Shown: positions 24,129 to 36,859, counted from the whole stretch's first letter. The stretch is DNA of 63,874 nucleotides, filler included, from Octopus bimaculoides (GCF_001194135.2; 4 parts of 3 records of this genome joined end to end with filler, not necessarily neighbours in it); one strand, 5' to 3'. A program made the numbers and translations. The notes: generated by a model not told the origin, from the letters alone.

Positions 24129-25050
24129 TGAAGAGCTTCTTTCAATTTCCTTCTACCAAATTCACTGACAGTACTTTAGCTGGTCCAAGGCTATAGTAGA
24201 AAACACTTGGCCAAGGTGCTATACAGAGGGACTGAACCCAAAACCATGTGTTTGCAAATAAGCGAAGAATGGAGTGAAATGTTAAAAGCCTGCAGTGCTG
24301 TATGTGCCTGGTTAAAATGCATGAAAAACAAATAAGAAACGAGACAAAAAAAAACTATGTATAAGAGGAATGAGAAGCACATGACACAACTGGTTGATAC
24401 ACGTGCTGCATATGGAAAGTTGGGGGGGAGGGTGAAATGGGCGAGAAGAGATAAACTGAAGAAGACAAAGCAAGAAATTTGTGAATGGCGAGTTTAAGAT
24501 CTCACGCCAAGACTGTTCATTCAGTTTCTCATACTATGTGTGTGAATATGTGTAGGTGTATTTATATCAACATCATTCTCATTTAACATTCATGAAGATG
24601 ATGATATATATATATACTCATACATATGCATAGAGTGTTCAGTGTGGTGTTTTCCAATGCAAAACATCGAAGTCACACAGTATAAACATGGACATGTTCC
24701 CAAACACACACACACTTCATCAAGGGATTCTCTCCAGAGGACTGCAACAGGCTCCGATATCTGCTTTGGCTTGGTTTCTATGGCTGGATGCCCTTCCTAA
24801 CACCAACTACTTTACCGATTGCACTGGGTGCCTTTTAAGTGGCACCAGCACTAGTGAGGTCACCAAGACATCTCAACCAAGGCAGAGTGTAGTATCAAGG
24901 AAGGTAATGAGAGGTCAAAGTATGATAGGAGAGAAAAAGGTGTCCTGCTGTAAGGGAGATAGAGGGTTACCCCAGTTGAAAGAGAAAGAGGAAGTTGGTG
25001 AAGATATGACAAGGTGGACCCTCTCAAGAAAAGTAACAAATAATGTATAC

Positions 25051-25115
25051 CTTGAAACGTGTGGTATTCGTCCGGCGGCTAGGCAGGTGATCTCTGATTT
25101 CTTCTTCATCTTCTT
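25051..25115 (-). CDS. TONSL: TONSL exon, acidic stretch preceding the ARD (EEDEEEIRDHLPSRRTNTTRFK)
   Basis: Resembles human EEDEELQGHLGRRKGSKW. Acceptor ttttcatcattttag, donor gtatac. Confidence 0.82.
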
Positions 25116-25821
25116 CTAAAATGATGAAAAAGGAAAAGAAAATATTTATGTGTATTTCGTGTGCAAGATTCTTGATGTGGATACGTGTGTTGAAAGAAAT
25201 ACAATAAAACCTTGGGAGAGGCATTATGCCGGTAATAAACACACTTCAACTGGGACTTTATTTTATTGCTCTGAATGGACAAAATGCTATGTTAACCTTG
25301 GCAAATGATTTCTTTCATTGGCCACAAGAGCCCAAGACATAAGAGGTCAATGTGTTTGAGACAAAGAAACACAAATTTGAGAAGAGGACTGCAGTTGATT
25401 GAATCAACTCAATAGGTGAAGGACAAAACTGATTTTGTCAAGGTTTGAAACTCAGACCTAGAGGTTCCCAACTTAATACTAAATAATGATTTAATAATAA
25501 AGAAGTGGAGAGACAAGTTACTGAAGAGATTGCAAGAGTGCAATGAAATTATTTAACAAAAAACTATATACTGTTTATAAATTAATAAAGGACTGAACCA
25601 GTGCGTGTGTTTATTACCAGCCTAATGCCTCTCCCAAGGTTTAAAAATATTTATGAATATATATATATATATATATAAATAGATACCTATATAACTGAGA
25701 TGACAAAGTACACAATTATCTAATGAACTTCATAAAGTTACAGCAGTTTCTGCTATAAGATGCAGTGGACACATGCCTTTGACAGATGCCCTGATTCCTA
25801 ATCTGGTGGTCAATATGGAAA

Positions 25822-25980
25822 CTAGGGATAGATCAGTAGTTGGTGAGATCCGTACAAACCATGCACAGGGATGCTGTCAGTAAAGTGATAGCTGGCAACA
25901 AGTACAGCAAAGAATTCAGGGTACAAGTAGGGGTTCACCAAGGATCAGTCCTCAGCTCCCTCTTGTTCATCATTCTGTTT
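25822..25980 (+). mobile_element. RTE-clade LINE reverse-transcriptase fragment
   Basis: Translates to VQTMHRDAVSKV...EFRVQVGVHQGSVLSSLLFII, the GVxQGSVLSPLLF RT motif. Confidence 0.75.
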
Positions 25981-26698
25981 CTAATATAGCAATGTATTTA
26001 TATACAATGCTAAATGATGAAATATGTACATACATACATATTTTACATGTATGTATGTACAAAACTCAGCTTGCGAAGACTTATTGGGGCAAGCGAAAGC
26101 GAAATCGGGATGGCACCTGTGCCCAGCGTCGCCTTTCTGGCACTTGTGCCCATGACATGCGTAAGGATTTTTGAGTGAGATCGTTGCCAGTGCCCCTGGA
26201 TTGGCTCTTGTGCGGGTGGCACATAAAATACACCATTTTGAACGTGGCCGTTGCCAGTATCGCCTGACTGGCCGTCGTGTGGGTGACACATAAAAGCACC
26301 CACTACACTCTCGGAGTGCTTGGTGTTAGGAAGGGCATCCAGCTGTAGAAACTCTGCCAAATCAGATTGGAGCCTGGTGTAGCCATCTGGTTCACCAGTC
26401 CTCAGTCAAATCGTCCAACCCATGCTAGCATGGAAAGCGGACGTTAAACGATGAACGATGATGATACATATTTTAATATATATGTGTACATCCATTCAAC
26501 ATGTTTTGGGCAAATCCCTTAGAATGTGCTCTCAACAGCTCCTATGCTACTTGTTGATGGCTATCGTCTGTTATTCCCATCTTCCTAGGTAATTCTATGG
26601 GATGGTTATGCATGTGGAACTCCTTACAGCTTAGGATAAATATAATATTAAGATGACTTGTGAAGTCATCTTCATTTTATATATATATATATAGATAT

Positions 26699-26771
26699 AT
26701 TTGAAGAAAAGCAACAAAAATTCAGTACATACTGCTATAACCTATTGAAGTTTTGTTGCTTTTCTTCAAAT
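26699..26771. repeat. 26-bp inverted repeat (1 mismatch) with a 21-nt loop
   Basis: ATTTGAAGAAAAGCAACAAAAATTCA pairs with TGAAGTTTTGTTGCTTTTCTTCAAAT. Confidence 0.9.
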
Positions 26772-26893
26772 TTTCTTCACCAAATCTCTTGATTTTGTTT
26801 TTGGTTTTTACCCTACCAAATTCTGGTGCCTCAAACATTTTAAGTACCACATTCAATCTTTTGATTAAATTTATATTATATATATATATATAT

Positions 26894-26993
26894 NNNNNNN
26901 NNNNNNNNNNNNNNNNNNNNNNNNNNNNNNNNNNNNNTTAATTAATTAANNNNNNNNNNNNNNNNNNNNNNNNNNNNNNNNNNNNNNNNNNNN
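26894..26993. other. Artificial scaffold-joining linker
   Basis: 44 N + TTAATTAATTAA (stops in all six frames) + 44 N = 100 bp, identical at three places. Confidence 0.95.
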
Positions 26994-27043
<50 letters not shown>

Positions 27044-27639
27044 CAACAGATGGAAAAGGTTGATAGGTATAAGGAGAACTGACAGAAAGGTGGATTGAGC
27101 AATAAGTGATTTGATAGAATGAAATAGATTGAGAAACAGACAAAAATGTGAATGGCAAAGGTAATTCTTTATCACAACTGACTTTTATATAATCTCCATC
27201 ATACTGAGAAATCAAACAGATTTCATTGATTTCTCTCTATTGCCACCAAATTTCTTTCATTTCTCTCTGTCTGACTGTCTGTCAGCCTGTCTGTCTTTGT
27301 TTGTCTCTTTCTTTCTGTCTTTGTCAGTCTCTCTCTCTCTCTTTTCTTTTCCTTTTCACTGTCCCTCTGAGCTTTGTTCTGGAAAATTCTTTAAAAGCTA
27401 ATAAATGCTGCACCAAAATACTGAAATTATTATGAAACAAATTCGTCACCATGCCATCCCCCCTCTGCTTCCCCCTCCTTCTGTAGTTACCATTACTTTA
27501 GCCATCCACCCCCACATCTCTGTATCTCTCATTTACTCATTCCCTCACTACCCTGATGAAAATATTTATCTAAAAGTGATGTCACAACTTGGTGTCTGTG
27601 GGAAGACAGAAAGAGGGAGGTTTATAATATATATACAAA

Positions 27640-27717
27640 TAATTATGTGTGTGTATGTTTATATATATATATAATTAAATGTGTGTATATATATATATAT
27701 ATAATTATATGTGTATG

Positions 27718-27755
<38 letters not shown>

Positions 27756-28189
27756 CATACATACATACATACATACATAAGCATACAAACACATATATAT
27801 GTATATGTATGTATGTGTTTATATATATATATATATATATATATTGGCTAAACTGGCAATATGACCATCCCCAAGTACAACAATATATATATATATATAT
27901 ATATAATTATATGTGAGTGTATATATATAATTATATGTGAATATATATATATATATGTATGTATATATATATATATATATATATAAACACACATACACAT
28001 ATATATAAGCACACACACACATATATATGTATATGTGTGTGTATATGTTTATATATATAATTATATGTTTGTGTATATATATATATGTGTGTATGTATGT
28101 ATATATATATCTATGTCTATATGTATATCTATCTATATCTATATCGATCTATCTATATCTATATCGATCTATCTATCTATATATATATA

Positions 28190-28247
<58 letters not shown>

Positions 28248-28520
28248 CTCACACACACTTACATATATACATATTTCTGTTTAATTTTTAAATAATGATA
28301 TATATATATAAATACACATATATATACACACATATATAAATATATACATACATATACACACACACGCACATATATATATACATATGCATACATACATATA
28401 TATATATATATATTAATTATATACATATACACACTTGCACTCATACACATCTACATGCATCTGCATGCACGCACAAGTGTGTGTGTGCATGCATGCATAT
28501 GTGTGCATATGTGTGCATAT
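27640..28520. repeat. Compound (TA)n/(TACA)n/(TATC)n microsatellite tract, representative of dozens in the window
   Basis: Directly visible. Similar tracts at 42880-43430, 43860-44220, 46020-46440, 53760-54190, 58010-58250 and 59810-59950. Confidence 0.95.
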
Positions 28521-29466
28521 GTATGTGAAGCGATGGGGATAGAGAACAACAAATATTTTGCTTTCTTTAAAAAAAGAAAAACAAAGAACAAATTCTAAAA
28601 AAAAAAACATGATGAAATATTTCAATTATTTCAGAAATATATTTATATGAACACAATAACCACATTCCAACTCCATGAACTAACATTTCACTAAGTAAAC
28701 AAAGAAAGCCTCTTATGTTGCCATGGTGCACGCTAAAAATAGGACCATAATCTCCCTCAAATCATACTTAACTATGTTATAAAAGGAAAAGCATTTACTC
28801 ATGAAACCCTAGATGCACAAAGGCTGAAAATAGATGGGAAGGTCACGCTTGGAGTGCTTTTGGCTGCCTTAGTTTTTATCAGCTGGATCAAAACTAACCT
28901 GCATCTAAACAACAGCACATGCAAGCCAGTGGAGGAATACTGCATGTAGTTTTACCTGCTAGACATAGCAACCAAATCTACCCTAAATAATTCTTAATCA
29001 TCTTCATAAATAGGACACAATAGGACTTCTGTAGTACTACGTCTGAATACGAAGGAGGATGGTCAAGGTTGGAGTACCAATGATCATAGTTCTAGTGGAT
29101 GAAGTACAGTGGCAGAGCTAGATTGTGTACCATTTGAAGTAGCCCTTGACTTGCTACCCCATTTCCCATATAGGCTTATACAGCTGACCCAAATGTGCCA
29201 CCCCTATAAAACTTCCATTGACCAAATTAGACCACCTCCCACACACACGACCCTTAAACCCCTACCCACACCCCAACACCCACTACACTACTCATCAAGG
29301 CTGACATGATACCAAAAATAAATAACAAAAGAACTGTCTGCTAGGACATTCAATCAGCTAGAAATAGCAGCTGAATCTTCCTTAAAATTCACCCTACTAT
29401 TGAAAATAAGGATAGATAAATTTGGCAATATAATTTCTGCTAATACAGTTCTATATTTAAGAGATG

Positions 29467-29628
29467 AGGAATTATGTACATTATTTACATTATTTACATT
29501 TGACGGATATTTGTCCTCATCTTGTTTGTTAACACGTTTCGGCTGATATACCTTCCAGCCTTCATCAGGTGTCTTGGGGAAATTTCGAACCTGGGTTCTC
29601 ATTCCTAAGGTTTTTTTCGATGTTATTG

Positions 29629-29682
<54 letters not shown>

Positions 29683-29749
29683 TCACTGCCTGGAATCGAA
29701 CTCAGAATTTTGTGGTTAGTAGCCCGTGCTCTTAACCACTACACCCATG
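29467..29749 (-). mobile_element. tRNA-headed SINE-like element (family 5) with PLE-type hammerhead tail, left copy
   Basis: Head GGTGTAGTGGTTAAGAGCACGGGCTACTAA...GAGTTCGATTCC, then (AAT)n(AAC)n, then ACCTGATGAAGGCTG...CAGCCGAAACGTGTT. Confidence 0.75.
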
Positions 29750-29753
29750 GGCA

Positions 29754-30027
29754 TATGGCATAGTGGTTAAGAGCACGGGCTACTAATTCCAAGTTTCCAA
29801 GTTTGATTCCAGGTAGTGATCTGAATAATAATAATAATAATAACAACAACAACAACAACATCGAAAAATACCTTAGGAATGAGAACCCAGGTTCGAAATT
29901 TCCCCAAGACACCTGATGAAGGCTGGAGAATATATTAGCCGGAACATCATGTTAACAACAAACAAGATGAGGACAAATATCCGTCAATTGTAAATAATGT
30001 AACTAATGTAAATAATGTATAATTCCT
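29754..30027 (+). mobile_element. Family 5 element, right copy, head-to-head with the left copy
   Basis: Reverse complement of 29467-29749 along its whole length, with hammerhead-like motif at 29908-29953. Confidence 0.75.
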
Positions 30028-30922
30028 GATTTTATGAAATAGGTGTGATGGCCATAACTAAGACATCTTTGATTATAGACCTGGTGCTAGACAACAATGA
30101 GAATCAATGTAGTAGTCTTTCCATGATTTGCAATGGAGTGTTTGTAATTTGGTGTGGAACAAATATTGCAAGGGACTTTGTAGAAAAAGCACTGGTTTTA
30201 CAGTTTTCTTGCTGATATTCATTTACATCTTTTGTCAATATGCATTGGCAACAGACACACACACACACATACATGTCTACATATTTCTCTCTATTCACAC
30301 CCATACAACCTACCACCTACACATCATCTCCCTTTCTTTCTCTTCTTTTGTCTATTATTATTATTATTATTATTCTGCCACTTGCAGGTAGTGTGCTGGT
30401 GGAATCATTAGCACAGTGCTTTGTGACATTTCATCTGTCTTTACATTCTGAGTTCAAATCCCACCAACGTTGATTTTGCTTTTCATCCTTTTGAGGCCGA
30501 TGAAATAAGTACTTGTTGAGCATTGGAGTTGATGTAATTGGTTGTAGTCTACAACCAATTAATTACTGCTGGTCACACGGACAGAGGTCACTCCCGTTTA
30601 CCATTACCAATATGGTCACTTCTACTACTACAGCCAACGATTCAAGTCAACGCACTAGACAGCCATTATGTCCCCACACAAAAAACGGTCCCACGTGGAC
30701 TATGTTGACACTAGTAAGAAACAATTATGAACTTTTCTTTTAATTACATTTTTTTTAAATATGTATTTTTGATAAGGTTCGTTTTTTCAAGAACCGAAAC
30801 ATGTTAAATATCTCTGAGAAAATTATAAATTAAAATTTATTTTATATAGTGACGTTTTNNNNNNNNNNNNNNNNNNNNNNNNNCCGCAGGCTACACCCAC
30901 GACGCACTCAGAAAATAAACAC

Positions 30923-30957
<35 letters not shown>

Positions 30958-31799
30958 TGTATGTATGTATGTATGTATGTATGTATGTATGTATAATTGA
31001 AGTAGTTTTACTAAATATAGTAAAGAAATTGTGTTTCCTTTATACTAAGAAATATGCAATGATCTATTTTGACCTGCAACAGAATTTCAAGAACTAAGTC
31101 TATAAGGATTGGTGAAGTTCCTATTATGACCTCTGGGAAATATCAAAAGTTAGTGTTCTGATGAAATATTCCTTGTCATTATCAGTTTATCTTTAAAACA
31201 ATTCATGCCTTGTTAAACACCCCAGATTGGAGATAGGTAATTCTTTGTTTTATGACACCAGCAAGTCTGATTACATGTCTACATTATTGTGCTGAAGTAT
31301 TATCTGAATAATAGGAATTTAACTTGCCTTTTGTAATTTTCTATTAACAATGTTTCAAACTGTTGTATATCATCTAGTTTTTATTTATTTTTATTTATTT
31401 ATTATTATTTTGTGTGTGTGTGTGGGGGAGGGGTCTCTATTAAAGGAAATGTAGAAATAAGGACACACTTACTTTGAGATGAAATCAGAACAGAGTATCC
31501 AGCTTTGCTTTACAAGGATCAGCAGAACTTGATGGTCATACCCACATGTGTACACTAACTCAATCTCTGGCCAGAAACTTCTCTGTCTCGGAGATTCCTT
31601 CCACATGTCTGTTCTTTTCAATGTTCTGACAAACAAAGAGGCTATTCAAATGCCTCACTTCTTGATGTGACATCACTTTCTCTCACTTCTGGCTTGAATG
31701 TCTCCCTTCCTCTCTCACTTCCAGTTCCAACTTCTTCCTTTACGCCTCCACATTCCCCCCCCCCCACCTCCACACACATGTCAGTATCTTTTTTCATTA

Positions 31800-32950
31800 A
31801 TATATGCAACAAACAACAGAGTACCAAGAACAAATTTCTATGGAACACTGGATGTCATTGTATAAGGCACAGAATGTTGTCCTAGTACTGTAGCCATCTC
31901 TCTATCAACCAATGACGAAAGATTTCATCCAGCTATAGAAGCTAGCCTTCTAGGCCAATGCAGAGAGCTTTACCATAGGTTGTTTGCATAGGGCAGAATC
32001 ACAAGTCTTGGCAAAGATGAGATAGATAACATTCACCAATAAACTGACATCTATGATTTAAATGATGTCTTCAAAAAATTTGATAAGCTGGTGACAGCAG
32101 CTAGAGTTCGGAAAAAAATTCAAACTGTGAGAATTGAATAAGATTTTGAGAGTCCCAAAGCCAGTTCCTCAAAAGTGGTTGGGTATCACACTGATACAGG
32201 ACTTCATCAATTTTGTGATACAGCTAATGAAATTGACAGGTCAGTAATTGATAGGAAATGTGAGTTTGCCCATTTTGAACAGGGAAATGGCAGTTTTCCC
32301 ATCTTTTGAAGTAATGTAGTTGTTAAGATAGAATTAGAGATGAGCAAAAGCTGGTACAGTAGAAAGATACCACCATATTTGAGAAGCAGATAAGTAACAC
32401 CATAAAGGTCAGGAGAAGGATAGTTGTGCTTATGCTTGATATGGCTCCACAGTGTTGCAGGAATACATTCAACAGATGTTGTGGGATTTAATATAACTTG
32501 CGGTGAAGATGATACATTTGGATTTTCAACAGTAAAAATGCATGCAAACTTTGACAATAAACTTTGCACACACTTGGGGATTAGCAGTAATCTGATCTGT
32601 GAGGAAATTGTGGAGAGAGCCAGCTGGAGAGTGAGAGCTGTGTTTTGAATGCAAATATTTCCTGAACACTTTTCTATCTGAGTTGATTGTTATGTGTTGT
32701 TCAAACTGAAGCTCTGCATCTTTAGTCACCTGCTTGATATGGTTGAATGCTCTGTTGTGCCTTCTTTTATAATCCCCTGTTCTATATATTCTGTAGTCAT
32801 GTTCAACTTTTCATTATTCTCTACTGGTAAGGAGTCTGTCTTCTAAACTGCACATTTGAAGTTTCTAATGTGTTTTATGTGGTACCAATACTGTGCATGT
32901 AGCCCAGATTGAATTGAAAATGTGTAGAAGAATCATATTGACATCTCCAG
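31800..32950 (-). mobile_element. Heavily decayed CR1/L2-group LINE ORF2 (tether plus RT) fragment
   Basis: Frameshifted translation gives, in the correct order, RKVFRKYLHSK, SKFACIFTVE, NY*PVNFISCITKLMKS, SCCHQLIKFFEDI, NVIYLIFAKTCD and TSSVP*KFVLGTLLFVAYIN. Confidence 0.75.
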
Positions 32951-33670
32951 AATCAGAAAATTCAAAACATAATGCCAACTCAGTACAGTAAGAGTTCTAT
33001 GCATGTGTGTGTGTGTTTATCTATGTGCATGTGTGTTTGTGTTTCCACCATCACTTGACAACCAGTGTTGGTTTGTTTACATTCTTATAACTTAGCGGTT
33101 CGGTAAAAGAGACTGAATCCAATGACTAAAACAACTAAAAGGCAAAAGATAAAATTAAAAAAAAAAAAGATACATATGTTGGGGACTGGCAGAGGTAATA
33201 TGGCTCCAGATGAAAACTAGAGAATATATTAACTAAAAGATAATAAAAAATAGAAGCAGACAAGGTGGAATTTTAAGTGTTTGATAAACACATACCAATA
33301 ACTAAATTATGTACACAGCCTACAGTGATCTGTCTTATCTTCAACATTTAGAATCAGAGGTGTATCTAGATTGTTATCACATTAAAATATCACACACCAA
33401 TCATTGAACCATATACGTTGAATATTTTTATGTTTTATATTTTACTCTTAGCAACATCTGGTTTTGCTCAGATTTATGAATACCTAAAGTGTACATCACA
33501 TGATCACGTGCTTGACTACGCTATTGGATGTTATTATACATTGCTGGTCACAATGCATGTTTTGCATTGTTTTAGCTTTCAGAAGAACGCAGGTGGGCAG
33601 GTCACCATCCCACATGATTGGAGGGTTAGTCTGTTGTAGAGTCGCCCATTTACAACTGATTAGTCTAAAG

Positions 33671-34050
33671 CAGTTGTCCCCAAAGTAAGTGGTACTGCCT
33701 CCTTGGGGGGGGGGGAAAGATCTTTGTTGGGTGGTAGAGAGATCCAGGGTGTGTTGAAGAAAAGTGGGGTGATAATAGGGTGGCCAAAAGTGAGTGATTG
33801 ATGTAAAGAAACAAACCCTAAGATAATTGGTTGAAATAAATTTTATTTGCAAAATATAGTTGTTTTGAATTTGCTGCAGAAAGTGGTCTATGTTTGTGGT
33901 AGTGGGTAGGGGGAGGTGCTGGGAATGTGCCCTGGGTACCAAATGGGTGGCAGCCTGAAAAAGTTTGGGAACCCTTGGTCTAGAGCAGTGGTTACCAAAC
34001 TTTTTCAGGCTGCCAACCCCTTGGCACCCCGGCCACATTCCTAGTACCCC
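33671..34050. mobile_element. Charlie/hAT-type MITE ends; two are head-to-head around a shared 8-bp GTCTAGAG site
   Basis: CAGTGGTT(A/C)CCAAAC-type TIRs, with NTCTA(A/G)AG 8-mers at 33663-33670 and 33978-33985. Confidence 0.7.
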
Positions 34051-34344
34051 CCACCCCAACTAACCATCGCAAACATAGACCTCTTTCTGAAGCAAATTCA
34101 AAGCAACTGTATTTCACAAATAAAACTTAACCTTATGAACCTATTATCAATTCTTCTGAGCGAAACAACAGAACTGCACTCCTTAGGGAGTTATATCTAT
34201 ATATTTCAGACAAAACAAAAAAAGAAAAAAACTAATCAATATAGCTGCCAGCTTTCATTAAAAAAAATAAGGCTCACACAATGTACAAACCAAGTAAACA
34301 CTGCTTGACACAAATATGTGTGTAATCAGTACGACTTATCATGC

Positions 34345-35075
34345 GTTGTAAGAAAAAATTTGCTTCCCAGACACACTTCTGGGTTCAGTCAAACAGCATG
34401 GCACCTTGGGCAAGTGTCTTCTGCTATAGCTCCAGGCTGACAAGAGCTTTGTGAGTGGATTTAGCAGGCAGAAACTGTAAAAAAAATCTGTTGTATATAT
34501 GTATACATATTTGTGTGTGTTTGGATCTTTGTGCTTATGTTTGCCTCCCACTACTGCTTGACAACTGGAGTTGGTTTGTATATATCCCTATAACTTAGTA
34601 ATTTGGCAAAAGAAACAGATAGAATAAGTACCAGGCTTTAAAAAAGAAGTACTGGGGTTGATTTACTCTTTTACTCTTTTACTTGTTTCAGTCATTTGAC
34701 TGTGGCCATGCTGGAGCACCGCCTTTAGTCGAGTAAATCGACCCCAGGACTTATTCTTTGTAAGCCTAGTACTTATTCTATCGGTCCCTTTTGCCGAACC
34801 GCTAAGCTATGGGGACGTAAACACACCAGCAGCGGTTGTCAAGTGATGTTGGGCGGACAAACACAGACACACAAATATATACACACACATACATATATAT
34901 ATACATATATACTACAGGCTTCTTTCAGTTTCCGTCTATCAAATCCACTCACAAGGCTTTGGTCGGCCCGAGGCTATATTAGAAGACACTTGCCCAAGAT
35001 GCCATGCAGTGGGAATGAACCCGGAACCATGTGGTTGGTAAGCAAGCTACTTACCACACAACCACTCCTGCGCCT
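34345..35075. mobile_element. Two SINE family 1 copies, tail-to-tail inverted
   Basis: Plus copy ~34345-34663 directly abuts minus copy ~34664-35075. Confidence 0.8.
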
Positions 35076-35398
35076 GAATTTTGAAAGAAGTTTCTATGAA
35101 ACTTGTTTTTAAACATCAAGAGCCATAGGGGGTCTACCAGAATAAAAATAGTAATCAAAGGGTTCCATAGATAAATAATTGAGAACCCCTGTATTAGAGC
35201 ATTGGAAAAAATGCTTTGCAGTATTTAGTTCCAACTCTTTACATTTTGAATTAAAATTCTGCCAAGGTCTACTTTGTTTTTCATCCTTTTGGAGTCAATA
35301 AAATAAATAACCAGTTGAGTGCTGGGGTTGATGTAATCATATATTTCCCATCCCTAAAATTGCTGGCCTTAAACAAAATTTTAAATCAATATTATTAA

Positions 35399-35620
35399 CC
35401 CTTTCGTTATCGTATTTATTTTGAGATGCTCTGTGTTTCTTTCAATTAATTTTAAATATAACAAAGAATTTAGTAAAATAACTTAGTTAACATTAAGCTA
35501 GTGTTAGGAACATAAACTGTGACTAAGGTTTGGTGGAAGAATTTAATTCAAAACTTATGAAAACAAAACATTTGTACTACAGAGCCAGAGGCGGTTTCAG
35601 CTGGGTTGGTATCGAAAGGG
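35399..35620. mobile_element. piggyBac-type MITE (family B)
   Basis: TTAA-CCCTTTCG...CGAAAGGG-TTAA. Confidence 0.85.
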
Positions 35621-36859
35621 TTAAAGGTGGCAGTAAGGCAGCAAGTTGGTAGAATTGTTGGCACATCTATCTTTACATTCTGAGTTCAAATTCTGCTAAG
35701 GTCTGCTTTGCTTTTCATTCTTTCAGGGTAAATAAGATAAGCAGCAGTTGAACCCTGGGGTCAACGTAATTGACTAGCCCCCACTTCCCTAAAATTGATG
35801 ACCTTGTACCAAAATTTGAAATTATTATTAAAGGTAGCAAACTGGCAGAACTGTTAGAGATTCCTTGAGGTATTTGTTCTGGTTCTTTTTTGCCTTCCAT
35901 CCTCTCTCCATGCCACTGAGGTTATCCAAGGGAAAGGCAAAGGCTGATACAGCTTGGCACCAGTGATGTTGCAATTCATTTCTACAGGAGCAATGTGAAA
36001 TAAAATGTTTTGCTCAAATACACAACACACAGCCTGTTCTGGGAATCAAACTCACTACTTCATGATTGTGAGCCTGACACTTTAAATACTGAGCCATGCA
36101 CCTTCATCAACCCAAGACTACTCAGAAGATATTTAAAGTAAATATTTCTAAGTATCACATAATAAGATCAAACCCAGAACCATGCAGTTGACTTTGAAAT
36201 AAACTTCATTACCACAGGCATGACTATGCCACATAAAACACTATATATAAAGACACTTTATCCCAAACAAAGTTCTCAATCTTTTAGAATTTAAACAGGC
36301 CATATCTGGCCAAAAGATTATACCTGTATCATGTTCAAACCAGCTATATCTGGCCTCTCACACCTACCCTACAATATCATTCTAAAAATAATCAATCACA
36401 TCATTGAAATCTCAAAGGTACAAGATAATTCGTGGTTAATTCAAACCTGTGTGAATAAATAAGTTTTACATTTGACAGAGTAATCTGAATGCTTTATTTA
36501 TCAAAGTGAAAAAACAGGAGACAAAACTAAATTCAATGACATTTCTTCTGCTAACTGAAGAAGAGTTGCACACCAGTGAATAGAACAATGTTTACACAAA
36601 CAAGGATAACAACAAAGTACAAAGTGAGTCAGAAAGAAAACATGATGCCAGACTGAAGAAAAACCTGACAAAGATTAATTTCTGCAGCAAAAATTTATAG
36701 AGCATTATAAACACTCTGTCTCTCTAGAAGAACTTGCTACTTGTATATTCCAGACATTGAACATTGCTACTGAATACACATTGACAGTTGGCAAAAACCA
36801 ATATCTTAACCAAAGTGTTATATGTCAAATGCTGATGACTAACAACTAAACATCAAGTA

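Noticed and set aside
27647-28450. YI/CV/HT/LS-repeat ORFs throughout the window
   Set aside because: These are translations of (TA)n, (TG)n, (CA)n and (TATC)n microsatellites.
31083-31148. Plus-strand candidate exon ISRTKSIRIGEVPIMTSGKYQ
   Set aside because: Weak polypyrimidine tract, no recognisable homology, and expected by chance.
31473-31625. Minus-strand AG...GTAAGT-bounded open segment (TLKRTDMWKESPRQRSFWPEIELVY...) as a TONSL TPR exon
   Set aside because: No TPR or TONSL resemblance, it lies on a different scaffold next to a decayed LINE, and no partner exons were found.
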